Below the pieces are notes generated by a model. That model was not told the origin of the DNA, searched no databases, and worked only from the letters and a program-made list of their open reading frames with translations. The position numbers and the translations under genes were made by a program. A stretch of 64,000 nt of DNA from Azolla caroliniana (taxonomy: Eukaryota > Plantae > Polypodiophyta), in the NCBI GenBank assembly GCA_043228905.1, contig JBHGNT010000141.1, forward strand, positions 1 through 64,000, given 5' to 3'. Numbering within the stretch: position 1 is the first letter of the stretch; every line of letters begins with the position of its first letter. This document shows, one piece after another, positions 12,609 to 26,995 of the stretch.

Positions 12609-15600
12609 GGTTAATTCATACAATACAATACTCGGACTTTGTCTTGTAACATATGAGGTACTTTGTGAGGCTTTTTTATGTGTTTTGTTTGGTAGCATTT
12701 TGAATGTATATTAATAGTTACCTACTTATACAAGTTTAAATGAGACCCATTTTATATGAGATAATACTATGTATTTCAACCATTGGAATTATTGTTTTGT
12801 GATCATAGAAAGTCTAAGAGGTAGCAAGAAATTTGCAGTCATTTGTGAATGCAATCCTTTGGGAAAGTTCACTTTGAAGTTCTATAGGAGGGTGATCTTA
12901 AACCCCATCCAACAAGTGAACATTCTTACCGAGTACCATGGTATTGTCAATCCCCACCCAGTCCATTGCTTGATAACAGAATGCCGTATCCAACTATACT
13001 CCGAAGACAAGCGCGTGATTGCACATCTTAAAAGCATAATTCCAAGCATTTGGGCCTTATCATGGACCCTTTCAAGACGTTGCATTGATACATTTTTATG
13101 GAGGGATGTACATTGTTGATCAATTCTCCCAAGCTATGTCCATTCCAATATCAATCTAATGAGAGAACCCAAGGTCAATCCTCATCATGGTCTCAGCTGT
13201 TGTCATATATATCATATTCTGTATTGGTGGGTGTCAATAATCTTCCTCTCATGGTTGTGTCTTGGTGATTTATGTTCATAGGACCAATTCCAACAATATG
13301 GTTTTGTGTCTCGGTGATTTATGTTCATAGGATCATCATTCCAACTATTAGCTCTTGCCAAATGCCCGAAGTTTATTCATTGATTCAATCCTCATTGTCT
13401 AGGGCTCAACCCCATCTTATTGATCTCATTTGGTCTCCCTTGGCACAAATAATCTATCTAGACATTTTGGAACTCATGAAGTACAAGTTATGGATCAACT
13501 ATCATCTTTAGATGTAAATTTATTTTCCAAAAACAATAATAAAATTGTGAGTCGTAATATATCCGATAACCATATAAGACATTAACAATGGTTAAAAAAA
13601 CACTTATAACATTGACACAAACATTAGCTACCCCATGTTGTCATTAAGATGTGTCATTGATTAATTCCAATCATAATAATGGGGAGTTTTTGGATATCAT
13701 ATCGCGTAGATCTTCATATAACAATGTTTCATGCCCCAACAAAGATGATGCCTTTGTTATCTCTCAATCATCATCGTAAATGATCACGGGAAGACAAGTG
13801 AGATCCTCATTTTCTTATGACTTTGAATACCTTACATTTTATTCTTATATTCTCTTTAGAGTTTTTTTTCTCCAAAAATATATTCTCTTTAGAGTTGTAT
13901 AGGACCTAGATATGATGTACTCATTTTATATTTTATGTCTTTTTAATGGCACTAAATCACTGTCCCCCGATTACGATGGTACACCAAATCATTATCCTTG
14001 CTAGTGCTGATTCTGTCATTTTCTAATTTTATGATTCTTTTCGTAGTTGTTTTTTCTAGTATGAAAATAGAACTTTGGGGCATGTTTAATGCTACATACA
14101 TACGTACGTATAAACTATAATCAAAAGGCTTTAATGCACGGGATCATAGTATGAACCATACGTGCATTCGCACTTGAGAATGGTTCAATCATTCGAGTAT
14201 GGTAAACACCCTCAAAGTATGGTAGACACGATACTTTTGTATTCATTGTTTATTATAATGTAAATTTTGTTTTAAGGTAAAAAGTGTTAAAACAAACATA
14301 AGAATGTTTTGATAACATACGCATTTTTTTGCATTCACATGAAAAAGAATGCCTACCAATGCATTGGAGTATATTACGTACTATGCACGGGATCATTCAA
14401 ATGTTGTGAATATCCCCCTCTCAAAACACATTATCTCATGACACATCTTGAAGATGCTTTGTCGAGCATTAAAAGTTCGAAGTTTTTGTGTACATTCGGG
14501 GATTTTCTCACCGCATAAGGGGAAACATTCCGGTGAGGTTGGATGAATGAACTTCGTTTTGGAACACCACAATTTAGAGAAAACACAAAAATAATGTAAG
14601 TGGCCTAGCACAAACCATACTACAAAAAGGCCAAGCAAAAAAGGTGTCATAAAGATCCCCCTCCCCCCCTTTTAAGCATGGAATGTATTTTTAATTTCTA
14701 TGGACCAAGAGTGAACACAATGGCAATACGAGAATCCTTCCGTTTTGTATAGCCCAAACATTTGTTTATGTTGGTTGAAGCCTCAAATAATTATTGTACA
14801 ACATTTCTTGAATATGTTATAACAACATTAATCTTGTATGACTAACTAATAACATGTAGAATTATATACGATTAAATTGCTTACAGTATTTAATCTTCAA
14901 GAAAAACATTTGTAAATAATTAAAGAGTAATAACACAACATTTCAACATGGCAAATATCTAATAAAGAAAAAACATGAATTGAGTTTGCTATGCTAACAA
15001 TATGGATCGAATTTGCTCATCTCTTCATATTCTACATACATTTATAAGAAACCTAAGAAAATAATTGGTGTATTACATACTCAAAAGACATGACACATGT
15101 CAATCCTACAAGGTCAAAAAGTGTACAATCACTTGATTTCCAACTTCAGATTCTTTATGTTTGGAATAAATTTGACACGCCTTCCATCGTACCCTTTAAC
15201 AATCCAAGGTCAATGAGATGTGAATACTTAACTCGTTTAGCATTCAAGTGAGAATATATCTAGTTTTCATGTTATTGCTAATTATTAGGTACAGAAAGAG
15301 AATATTTCGAACATAATCAATACCATCAAAACAATAGCATCATGATTTACAGACCAAATGGTATTTCGCCCCTTTAGAAGAGCTTAAGAGTTCATTACCT
15401 CATTTATTAAAACTAAGTTTGAAACTTGAAATAGAAACATGTTTAGCATCATCAGCATTCAGAATTTTCTAGTTTCATGAAATGAATACCTAACGTGTTT
15501 TAACTCTTACGTGGCTCAAGAATCATGTGTCCAACCTTTATTTAAAGCAAATTTCCACTCAACGAAGCAAGTGTGAAACAATAAAGCTTCAAAAGTTAAT

Positions 15601-16323
15601 AATAGTAATCGTATGAACACTGTAAGAGAGCACCTTGGAATTCGAGTAACACTAAAGTATTTCTGCTATTAAAGTATTATTGATATATAATCTGATCATC
15701 AATGTACATACAATCCAATTGAGGATATTTTCATACTATTTCCATATTTTCCTCGCTTTGTTTTTCAGAGTCAGATCGAAGGGCAAGTTGCTGGCAATTC
15801 ATTTTTATGAATGTACACAAAACTTCGTATCCAAACTTTTTTTCTATACTAAAAAAAACAACTCTTTATCAAGCCTCTCTCATAGAAAACACTTCACTAC
15901 AGTCTTTCACTTATAAAGTGATCATATAGTAGTTCATAAAGGCAAAAATGTAACAAGGCTCTCAAGCGCAAGTACAAACTTTGGGTGGTGATCTTATAAG
16001 CACATTGCATAAAGCATGCATATAGAGGGAGAGGGAGAAAGAGAGAGTTTTCCAAGTAAAAAATTAATTGTCAATTCTACATTTACCCTAATCAGAAATT
16101 CATACCAATTGTTTTGGATATATAGGCACAGAGCAGAGAACAGCATAAATCAGCGTAACGGAAAAAAACTTTACATTCCAGGACTCTGTAAGCTTGTCTG
16201 CTGGAAAAACACCATCTCACCTTTCGAACCACTCATATTCGCAGACATCATCTCATCGAACCCTCGTCATATAAATGCTTATATAACCTCAATTTGTCAA
16301 ATGTATCACCTCACCTATTTTTA

Positions 16324-19300
16324 TTAACGCTTGGACTGAGAAGACAAAGCAAGACCAATCTTCTTCCGTGGTCCCTGCACATATCATATAAACAAAAACA
16401 TTATATAAACTATCACAATAACATCATTCATTGTCATATAACAGGGCCTCAATACAGTTTCGAAAAGCTCGCACATAGATCATTGAATTTGGTTGAATTT
16501 CAAATTTCACATGATGCCTTACTGGCCAAACACTCTTTTTCATGCAGTTCAGGTGCTCATGAAGGTCAACAACTCACTGTGAATTCTGTTTCAACACATC
16601 AAACAACAGGAAACCTATGTAAAGCTTTTTATTAACACTTGGGTTCATTTACCCTTTTGTCATTTCATTATTGGAAAACGTATTCCCTTCCCAGTGATCG
16701 TGTATCCAAGTGTTTTGAGTAGACATTTTAATCTATTGTGCAATATTCCATCTAGACACTAGCTTTAATTCAGGTATCTTCCACAAGATATCATTTGCAT
16801 ATGAGAATTTTGAACTTTTCAGCATCATTAGTTGAGCAGCAATATAAAAATAAACAGTCATAATATGCTTACATTGTATATGCATAGATTCAAATTAATA
16901 ATAATAATATGAAGAAGAATATACCATAGGAATGCCCAGCTCCTTTAGCTCGTCGTCTTTCATTAGTCGCAGGACTGACATATCAATCTGCAACCCAATG
17001 AAGCTTATAATGAATTACAACTTTCAACCACCCATCTAAAACCAGTTTAAAAACATATGTCACTCATACAGGTTATATGATGCTGAGATTTGACATTACA
17101 ACAAATATGAGAGTATAAGAAGAGCATAGCACAAAAATCCAATAAATTTTGTTAAAGAGGTCAATAATATAGCCATTTATTAGAGTGTTGTAAATTGCAC
17201 CTCATCATGTGTTCAGTTGTATCCTTTCTTACTGTGTGGACCACACACACATATACATACAACAGATATAGCATGCATGCTATATATCCAAGAAGAATCA
17301 AGAAACAGACAATGGGAGTAATATACATCAGAAACAATTCCATTGATTGAAAAGGTTGCAGAAAGCATGATCGAAACAATTTCATTGATTGAGTTGGTTG
17401 CAAAAAGTATGATGATACCTCTTCTGCCTGGAATGTTATCAGATACTTGCTTAATCCAAGTGATTGCAAAAAGTTTGCGATTGTCATGGCTTCCCCCTGA
17501 CCAAGACAAACAGACAGTGATCAATGCAAAACAATAGTAATAATAATAGCCAAAAAGCAAAAGTGTATACATGAACAGAGCAAAACCCATTAATGCAGAA
17601 TACATGATGAACAAATCGGCCACCTATGTGGCCGTTGCTTTCTTCATACAGGAAACAAATGTGTCCATTTAATCAACCAATCAACCCAAAACAAAATGCA
17701 CGGACATGCTTTGCCATTTCCTATCCGGAACAGCCAAAGATTACGACCATCCAGCATAGTGGGCTCTCTCATACTGGAGAGGTCTGACAAGGAACGCATC
17801 AAGACAGATAGTCAAGCACATCCTTGACAATACACAGCCACCAATAGTAGCAGCTAACCAGCTCTAGAGTTTTCCTTTGTGCTTGAATGTCCAATAGTTC
17901 AACTATCTCGACAATAGCTCTAAATTGGTTTATAATACCAGGAACCTAGGGACAACATTGTTCCTTCTCTCGTGAGAAACCCTTCCTCCATGGAAAACTT
18001 TGGGCCAATAGTCTAACGGAAGAACTTATCTTGCTAGCATTCTACATGCGGCCATCCTAAATAAATGTGTCTGATTTCTGGGCTTCTCATATAGGATGTA
18101 CGTCTCACTTTTGACTGTATTGAAACTCATTTGATACACAAGTCTACACTGAGAATCAGACTCTACATTATCTTTCATTCAAAGATACTCAAATCTTCAT
18201 TAGTGACTCCTGCATGAGTTGCACCCATCTAGCCTGGCACCCTTTTGTTTACAAGTTGAGTACAGAAGTATTTCATAGAGGCATGTTCTGTCTAGATTCT
18301 AAATCCGAAACTCTCACCCTCTCAAGACATATCACATGGCCTAAGTATTCAATGACCTTCTGACAGAAGAAGGTTTTCTTATCATTAAATCAAAAGGTAT
18401 GGTTCTTTCAAATTCTTAAGACTATAGATAAATGATTAACATATTCATCTAAGGTTTTGTTGAAGACAAATATATCATCCACAGTGACCACAACAAATTC
18501 ACCTACTGTAAGACAAAACACTTGATTCATGTACATTGTGAGTGTAGTCAGCACATCACATAGACCACCAAAAAAAAATTAAATGACCAAAACATGTTCA
18601 AAAAGTTGTCTGGGTATATCTCATCAAAAATACATATTTGATGATGCCCAGTGCTGCTGAACAAAACACTTGATTCATCAACATTGTGAATGTAATCAGC
18701 ACATTACATAGACGAACACTAAAAATTTAAAATGACCAAAACAGATTCGAAAAGTTGTATTGGATATATCCTCTTCAAAAATACATATTTGATGATATCC
18801 ATTGCAATAGGTCAAAACACTTGATTCATCAACATTGTGAATGTAGATAACAATGGGCCCGGTTTCGGCTCAAACTGAACCGAACTGATAAACCATGGCT
18901 TAACGGTTTATAGGTTCAAAGATAAATAAACGGTTTGGTTTGGTTTCAAATGTTACTAATCGGTTTTGAATTTAGCGGTTTATCGGCTTATTGGCTATCG
19001 GTTTCTGTTTATATGGTTCAGTTTAAAGATTTAAAGGTTAATAGGTTAAAAAATAAACATAAATTTTTTCATATAGGCTCTAACTTTCAACTTTTAATTT
19101 TAAACTCTAGTTTTAACTTATTAAATTTTATATGCATTATATGTAGAGTCTCCTTTTCATTTATGATGATCAAATATGATAAGTATGATAATCAAATTTA
19201 TGATCAGTATGATAACAAAATTTATGATCAGTATGATGACAAAATTTATGATAAGTATGATGACAAAATTTATGATGATTTTCTCACACAAATTTATAAT

Positions 19301-22300
19301 AAGTATGATGATTAATATCAATAAAAAATGGTTTGGTTTGGTTTGGTTTTAATTTATGATAAACCGGTTTGGTTTGATTTTAAATTTTTCATAAACGGTT
19401 TGGTTTCTCCTATTCTTTAAACGGTTTGGTTTAATGGTTCGGTTTAAATGGTTTCATACATTTTTAACAGTTTGGTTCGGTTTTTATTATTAATAAATGG
19501 TTTGGTTTGGTTTCAAGGCCAAGAAACCGAACCGGGCCCATTGCTAAATGTAGACAGCACAATTGGAACTGAGACTACATTAGCTCAATCCTTTCTTTTT
19601 CCCTGCAGGTAATCTCCAGGTTGATATTGGCCTGAACAGTCAAAATATAGGCCTTCACACCTAGCATTGTCTTGCAGTTCTGGAATCAAACCAGATTTAG
19701 GCTTCTTACTAGAAAGATTTGAGATCTTACCATACACAAGTTTACAAGAAAATGACGTGTATAGGCTGCTTAGACTTCTCTCAACTAACAAAAACAATTC
19801 TAGCACTAACCATTGATTTACCTATGTCAACGACTTGAGTAACATGTTTCCTACGGTCCTCATATATCAAGGTCATCTCCATAACCTGACTTGGTGTGGC
19901 ACATTTCTCAGTTCTTAAGATGTAAGGCAGATCATGTGCCTGGAAATAATCAAGTATCTCCTCAGGTATACTATGGAAAATCCCGCAATAATTATCTGCA
20001 TACTCATACACAATAATTATCTGCAATAATCATGGGACTTACTAAGGTCATCTGGTGAGATGAAGTTATTCATAACATTGATCTAAAATAGACCCCATCT
20101 CTTAGGCATTTGGCGATCTTTAACCAATTTCGTCCATCTATGTTCTATGCCTAGTAGGTTAAATGAAACAAGTTCTATGCGGTTTGATCATCTATGATCT
20201 CACATAATTGGAAGGTTGGTTCCCATTTTATGAGCCACTAATCAACTGCATTGGCATTCCAAACTGAAACACCGCGCAGTTAGGGTTTGTGGGCATACCA
20301 ACTCCACTCCAACTGCCCAGGGATATGTATAACGATGCAAACAGATTGGTTGCTGGTTATTGTTCAAGCAGGCATTTCTCGAAGACATTGTCTTTGATTG
20401 ACTATCTCATGAGGTCACTGACCCATTGATATGAACATCATTGGGGATATTCTCCGTCAAAGGGTCAGATCTAAGAGATTGGATAGAACCCAGTGACAAG
20501 GTTCAACTAATTTAGACCCTAGGAACTTCAATTATCACATAAAGACTGATGGGATGAATGTGATCAATGCAGTGATGTGCAACAGCTAGGACAGTGGTAA
20601 TGACAATTTGATAGCCTTACTCCGATACCAATCAACACAGTCCTCTAGTTGTGCCCTCTCCTTCTGTCTCTCTCTATGTATAGGCAAAGCACAAGTGGTG
20701 AAGAAGATGAATATGACGAAGGAAATGATTATGTGGATGAGCAACAACACTAACAGGGGTGTGGTGTATTCTCTAGATTTTTCTCCCAGCCTTTGGAAAT
20801 GCCTTTATAGACTAACCCCCATTCACAATGTGCAACTCCTCACCAACGCAATGTGCTAGGTCCACACCTATGCCTAAGGATGTCTCGGAATGGTCCCACG
20901 ACAATTAAGGTCATGACACTACCCGTGCCTAAGAGTAGGTACAGGCTTGGGAAAAGATCCAGTCAACCAGGTTCCACTGACTCTCAAGATGTGCCATTAA
21001 AACTCCACAGTACAATAATGCAAAAGAAACTCTCTTTACATAGTGCAAATGCAAACATGTCATGAATCATCATGAAACATATGACGATGTTCAAGCTCAG
21101 TCATGCCTCATTAACTCTGTCCATGCCCTAAATATGGGATAGGCTCATAAAAGGAGCTACTTCCAAGTTTTTTTGCTTGGGAACGCTCAAACATAACAAA
21201 TGCATATATTGTGCTCAAAAAAGAGATTCTATTCAACGATAACACATTATGAGAAATTATGAAAACTGCTTCCAAGGACCAAGACGATATATTAGCTTAG
21301 TTTTTGAAAATGAAAAATCGTAACGAGAATTTACCATAGTTGATACTTTTGGCACAACTGGAGGTTTAGCAGCAGCTACTGAAGGCTTGGTCACAGGCAC
21401 AGTGGTGATCTTTGGTGCTACTGGCTTCATAACAGATGAAGTGCGTTGTTGTAGTTTGGTAACTACTTGTGGATGAGATTGAGGAGGTGGAGTTGGCCCA
21501 GAAAGCTTCTCCCTTAAGTCTTTAATTCCACTTGATGAGTTATTTCCAATTTGCGCATTTCTAGAGACAGTCTTTTTCAACTTTGTCCTTAAATCCTCAC
21601 TGCCTCTTTGTTCATCTGATCACAAGTTAAAGCTCACATTAGAATCACATAAAAAGACAATGTGTAGCAGACCAAATTTCAAATTTTACAAGAAATGAGG
21701 GTATAATGTACTTTTTACTGCTGGTCGAGGATCATCAATATCATCATACATGTCGTGCTGCCACTTCCCATCATAACCTTGCAACCTGGTAAAATACAGA
21801 AGGTATGTGAAACAATACGCATTTTAAGACTTCAATACTCGGTGGCTCACAAATTTAGTTTGTTTATACAAATATATACTGCATTTGTTTGCTACGCAAA
21901 TATATATTAGCATAAGTATAATATAGATATGTATGTAAATATACACACATATATATACATACATGCACATGTATAAGTGTGTGGAACTGCTGGTTTTTTC
22001 GGACATTAGATCCATTATTTCGAAATGTAAGTATAGACAAATTCTTGGCTGTTGTCCTTTAGATGTCACATGTCATGTAAGTATAGACAAATTCTCGCCT
22101 ATTGTCCTTTAAGATTTACCATGGATAAGTCATGAAATGTCACATGTCATGTAGGCATATGTGAATTTTACAATCATGCAGTGAATTTTCTACAAAATTC
22201 ACAGGTAGATATCATCCATGATTACAGACCCACATATATACAATAAAGAAGAAACAGGATAGATGCTATAACCATTATCATAATGATCTATGATGAGTCA

Positions 22301-23810
22301 TCAGGAATGAAGAGGAGTCCTCGATACCAGAACCATAGGGTGGGGCTCATATAAACCATTTTTTGTGTGCCTACTAGTTAATTAATCACCATCAAGGTGA
22401 CTAAGCACAAACAACAAATATGTGGCTGGTTGGTAATCAGCTAAAGCTTAATTGTTGCACTCCAAAACCAAATTTATCAAATTCAATATTCATGCATTAC
22501 TTGGTTCTATCTCCTGATTATGTATTTAATAGAATGGAGCTAAATGTCATAGAGGAGGCACATGATAAATTAATAAGAATTTAGAGAAAGGAAAACTTAC
22601 AGAATGATGACAACAGAGTAAGAAAGCAAGAGGATGACAATGAGATGAGTAGATATTGCCAATTAGAGGTTTCAGATTTTTACATGTAAAATAGGTTTCA
22701 CTCATTCAGGCTTTCCAGCTTGAGTCTTTTCCTTTTTTGGCTTTAAATTTGGCATCAATAGCATGGAATTTTCAAATATAAAACTTCAAAGATTATTGAA
22801 AACCTTGCATCAAATTTAGAAAAAGTGCATACGGAAACTAAAAATAAAGAATTGTTCGGATAAATTTCAGTGAGATTACGAGTATGTCCGCAAGGTTTTA
22901 AATCATTTTCAGGTTTCCCATTTCAAATTTTAACAATGTTTCCCATCATTAGTAATCAATGAGTAAAACTTTTCTGTGGCCTTTTGCATAAGTTATGATG
23001 AACCAAACATCAAGAGAAAGAGAATTTGGGAAACATTGAGATGAATAACAGTCTTAATTTCACGGGAACAATCCAAACTGTTCCTGAATGTTCAAGGCTT
23101 AGCTATATCAATATATGTGGCCCATGACTTGGAAGTTTGCATGTATAATTCCAAAAAAATATCCAACTTTGAGCAACATCACTAGCAAAAGTCTTTGAAA
23201 CCCCTAAGTGATAACATCATCCTTGGTGGCATCCGCAAGTTACATATTTTAAGCTTCCGAATTGTCGTTTGTGTATTAAATACTATAATGCATCTCAACA
23301 CCATAGACAAGAAAGGCAAACACATAACACACTTAAGATTCACTCACGTGTTAGTTCAGCATGAGCGCTTCAATATGCCATTGAAATTTATGATAAAGTC
23401 ACAAAGTTTTCTAGTTGGACATTTATCGGTGTGTTACAGAAGACAAATGAATATACTTTATGCATATACATACATACATACATACATACATACAAACATA
23501 GGAGCGTGCTCAGCTATGCGTGTATGTGTAAATGTGACTGTATTCATGTAGATATGTAATATATGGGTGTATGTGTATATGTATTGTATGAATTCTAGGT
23601 ATGTATGCATCTGTTTCTGTCGGTATGTCCACATGTACGTCTTTTATGTATGTAAGGTACGTATGTTTGTATTTAAAAGGTCTACGCTTACCGCTTTGAA
23701 TAGGATTGTCTGGAGGATTCCTCTCCGTTTTGAACAGTCGTACCAAGCCTATCCTTGATAGATCTCTTCCTACTTCCTGCTGAGCTTGAAGCAATGCGAT
23801 CGGAATACAT
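16324..23810 (-). CDS. IRP1: SAM (sterile alpha motif) domain protein, IRP1-like, 6 coding exons, ~221 aa
   Basis: Exons 23810-23692, 21785-21712, 21615-21335, 17496-17419, 16987-16925, 16374-16324 (666 nt, all GT-AG). MYSDRIA...RSIKDRLG, KWQHDMYDD, DLRTKL, DLREKLSG; SAM domain FLQSLGLSKYLITFQAEEIDMSVLRLMKDDELKELGIPMGPRKKI. The symbol is recalled similarity to Arabidopsis IRP1. Confidence 0.9.
18514..18847. repeat. ~150-bp tandem duplication of a gypsy RT segment (~2.3 copies)
   Basis: CAAAACACTTGATTCAT at 18514, 18662 and 18813. Confidence 0.8.
18848..19546. mobile_element. hAT-family non-autonomous element/MITE nested in the gypsy relic
   Basis: TIRs TAACAATGGGCCCGGTT / AACCGGGCCCATTGCTA; 8-bp TSD AATGTAGA at 18840-18847 and 19547-19554; many subterminal AAACC/GGTTT motifs; internal ~21-bp tandem array at ~19175-19310. 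Confidence 0.9.
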
Positions 23811-24389
23811 CTCACCTGCACATCTAAGCAAAGCTCAGAAAACTTCGTTCACAAATGATCATTAAAATAAAAGCAAACTAAATTTTTGAAATGATCACTG
23901 TCAAGACAAAAGGGGAGAACTCGGGCTTACACCGTAGAAAAGAAACAGGGAAGAAGAGGAAACGCTGTCCGAAGAATGAGCTAAAGGAGAATGTGAGGTT
24001 TTGGCGGGAAACCGGGGGATTAGGGTTGCCCTTTCTCGTTTGTTTTCTTGGGGGAGTTTTACTGAGAAAGAAAGCGTGCAGAAACCCTCTGTGGGGGAGC
24101 CATAGCCAACATGAGATGAGCAGAAGGCCGAATTTTCTTGTCAGAAGGATGTGCTTCGGTTGTGAGAGAGAATAGATTGCCTGCCTTTTCTTTTTCTTTT
24201 GTTCTTTCTGGTCTTTCTGCTGCTCCTTCTCCTTCTTCTTCTTTCTTTCTTTCTTCTTCGTCTTGAGAGCGAAAGGGGGAAACAGAACCCAACCCTGACC
24301 CTGGTTAACTTTTTAACCGGAGTTTGTTTTTAACCCATGTCAAACCTAAAAAGCTTCTTCGGCTCTAACATCTTTTTCTTCGTGATTTT

Positions 24390-25560
24390 TTGGACACCAC
24401 AAACCCCTCTCCTCCTCTTATGAAGGAAATGTACATTTTCTATAAAGTGTCGCGGCTTAGTGGTACTATTTCCTCAGTACAAGCTCGCAAAGAGCTGCGC
24501 AAGATGACACGCCGTAAAAGACGAGCTTGTGAAGCATCTCAATATTGGGAACTCTACCATGTGCTCATGAGCAAGGATTGCGCCTTTGCATGGAAGAGAC
24601 TACGAGAACTGAGACCACAAACACCCGTTGACGATCCCAACACTTGGCACACATATATAGAGAAACTCTACCACGTCCCGAACCAACCACCCATTCCAAT
24701 GCCTTCCACACCTCGACCTACCACAAGGACACTTTTCACGACCTCTAAGGTCACAAAGATCATAAAAAAATTACAACATATGAAGTTCATGGACCACGCA
24801 GGATTGCGAGCCGAACACATCATATATGCTTGAGAATGCCTAACTCCTTTTCTCACTCAAATCTTCAACTGCGCCCTCGCTGAGGGTTTTCCACCACAAT
24901 GGACCCTATACATAAAGGAAGGGGTCCAATGGACCCAAATACATATAAGACCATTATGATAGGTCATACGCTCGCTAAATTATATGGTGCAATAATGGAA
25001 CAAAGCTCATCGATTATATGGAAACCTTAAGTCTTCGAGCACCTGAGCAGGTTGGCTTTAGATGAGTCTTCTCCACTATTGACCATATCTTCACACTTAG
25101 ATGCTTATTTGACCAGATGAAGGCTCACAACAAGAAACTATATTGTTGCTTTGTGGACTTCCGCAAAGCCTTTGTCACAGTTCGTAGGGAGTGTTTGTTT
25201 GATAGGCTTAAAAGCTTGGAGATACCAAATGACATGATCTGGGCCATCTATGCTCTATATGAGCAAGTTTCTAGGTGCGTAAGATGCCCAGGTGGCCTAT
25301 CTGATTGCTTCACTAGCATCATTGGTGTAAAACAAGGTTGTCGCCTATCATTAACTCTTTTTGGGATCTACATTGACGAGTTCACTAATTTTATTGCTCC
25401 TAAGAGAGGCAACGGAGTAACCATTAGGGGTACACAAGTTAGTCTCTTGCTCTACGCAAACAACATACTTTTGCTCTCGGAGTCTGAACACGACCTACAA
25501 AATCACCATAATGCCCTAGATGACTTTTGCACACAATGAGGAGTGGCAATGAATCTAGGG
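24390..25560 (+). mobile_element. Degenerate LINE reverse-transcriptase fragment (clade not determined)
   Basis: AGLRAEHI, QIFNCALAEGFP, IMIGHTLAKLYG, LYCCFVDFRKAF, GVKQGCRLSLTLFGIYID, LLYANN (decayed YADD); stops and frameshifts. Confidence 0.85.
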
Positions 25561-25569
25561 GTGTCATGA

Positions 25570-25730
25570 TGTTGCGTGTCCAATGGGAGAAATTGTGAAA
25601 TAGTGCAGTTCCACGCGCATTACACAAACAATTATAAATTTCTAGTGTGCATATAGAGGGGTGCAAGCAAGATTTGAACCTTGCACCTCCAAGATAAAAG
25701 ACATTTATCTTACCACTAGGGCTACTACCA
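25570..25730 (-). mobile_element. Possible tRNA-derived SINE-like remnant
   Basis: Minus strand has box A-like TAGCCCTAGTGG and box B-like GGTTCAAATCT with tRNA-like spacing; no cloverleaf or TSD confirmed. A similar pair lies at 45838-45895. Confidence 0.35.
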
Positions 25731-26907
25731 AGTACTTAAAATGTCATGTATTTCTTTTCATATTCAAAAGGCATAGGAAACACCCGTGTGCACAAAACCA
25801 TGGTTTTGTGCATGTTAGAAGCATGGATAGACCTATAAAAACCCTTGTAAGGCTTGTGCAAGGGGGGCTCAATATGTGATATCATCATCATCACCATCAA
25901 TATAATATTCTTCTTGTTTATCTTCTTTGTGAGTGTGCAAATTTCCGATCTTCTCAAATGTAACATTGTTTCCTCAAATCTTACATTCACATCGTCCTCT
26001 TCTCAATAACTTGATGGACATCCTCCTTGGTCCAAGACCCAGATGGTCCCGTTCAAGCGAAGCACGCACGCACACGCATCTTCACGAAATCTTTTGGTTT
26101 ATGAGGATAAAATGAATTGTCTAAGAACCGAATCTTGCGTGACCTTCATAGGCATAGGAAATCAACCCTTATATTACCAAAGGGGATGCGATGGCAAACA
26201 CATCTCACTATGACTTCTTCGATAGACTCACGTCGCCATTGATAATTTACTGAGGAGTCACCATAGAGTGACCAGAGGAATGCTGAAACCACAAATAAAG
26301 GCATATAAGCTACATAAGCCTCACCAGCATCAGAACCATGGAGATCATTGCTTTCCATGTCTCATCTGCCCAAGAACCTATAGATGCTCTCATCGAACTT
26401 CATCATAGCCTCGCTCCACCACACCAACCAATATAGGATGCATGTCCCCTCACAACCACACATCCCATGCATATTATTTAAGCACTTTATGTTTGTAAAC
26501 CGTGCCAAGAATCATTTCATTGCATGCACTAAGACCATCAGCATGAACATTTAGGAAACTTAGGGCATTTATTTTTGTTTCATTGTGGATATCTTGAATT
26601 CACCCATATTTGTATCATGATTAATCTCACAAGATTGTAGATAGATAGATAGATAGATAGATATAGATGGAAGGTGGATGGTGGATCAATGGATCGATGC
26701 CTAGAAAGCGATGGTTTCCGTGTCCCTACCCATGCCTCTACCTAGGGAGATGCTTTCTCCTCAGAGAGAAGTATTCGATCGCATGATCAATAACGTTTTG
26801 ATATTAAAATCTTTTTAGAGAGAGAACTATGTGAGTGGAATCGTTCAATCATGCCTCATAAATGGAGAAGTGACATCCGTGAAAATACGTAGGTAATAAC
26901 ACCTACA

Positions 26908-26995
26908 AATATCCATTGGTAAATAGAAATGACATTGGTGGGAATGTAGGCGATACATCTCCTGCCTGGGTCTCCACGATGGGTAGAGCCGTCAC
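26908..26995 (-). pseudogene. atpA: Plastid atpA fragment (NUPT)
   Basis: With two indels translates as TALPIVETQAGDVS(A)YIPTNVISI-TNG. PIVETQ fits the plastid form rather than mitochondrial atp1 (PVIETQ) as recalled. Confidence 0.85.

Larger units (their letters stand above)
17700..21000 (-). mobile_element. Degenerate Ty3/gypsy LTR retrotransposon inside intron 3 of the SAM gene
   Basis: Minus strand 18420-18530 reads MNQVFCLTVGEFVVVTVDDIFVFNKTLDEYVNHLSIVL (RT YxDD region); gag-like remnant at 19780-20030; tRNA-Met-like PBS TGGTATCGGAG at 20630-20620; putative LTR ~20635-21000. Boundaries approximate. Confidence 0.75.

Noticed and set aside
12770-13500. Possible LINE or other TE coding remnant
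   Set aside because: No diagnostic motif could be read with confidence.
18935-19315. 126-aa ORF with YDDKI repeats
   Set aside because: Product of the minisatellite inside the hAT MITE.
25980-26470. Coding-like stretch (YMPLFVVSAFLWSLYG, FAIASPL) faintly resembling SWEET transporters
   Set aside because: Motifs are short, in different frames and not in the expected order; cannot be supported without a search.
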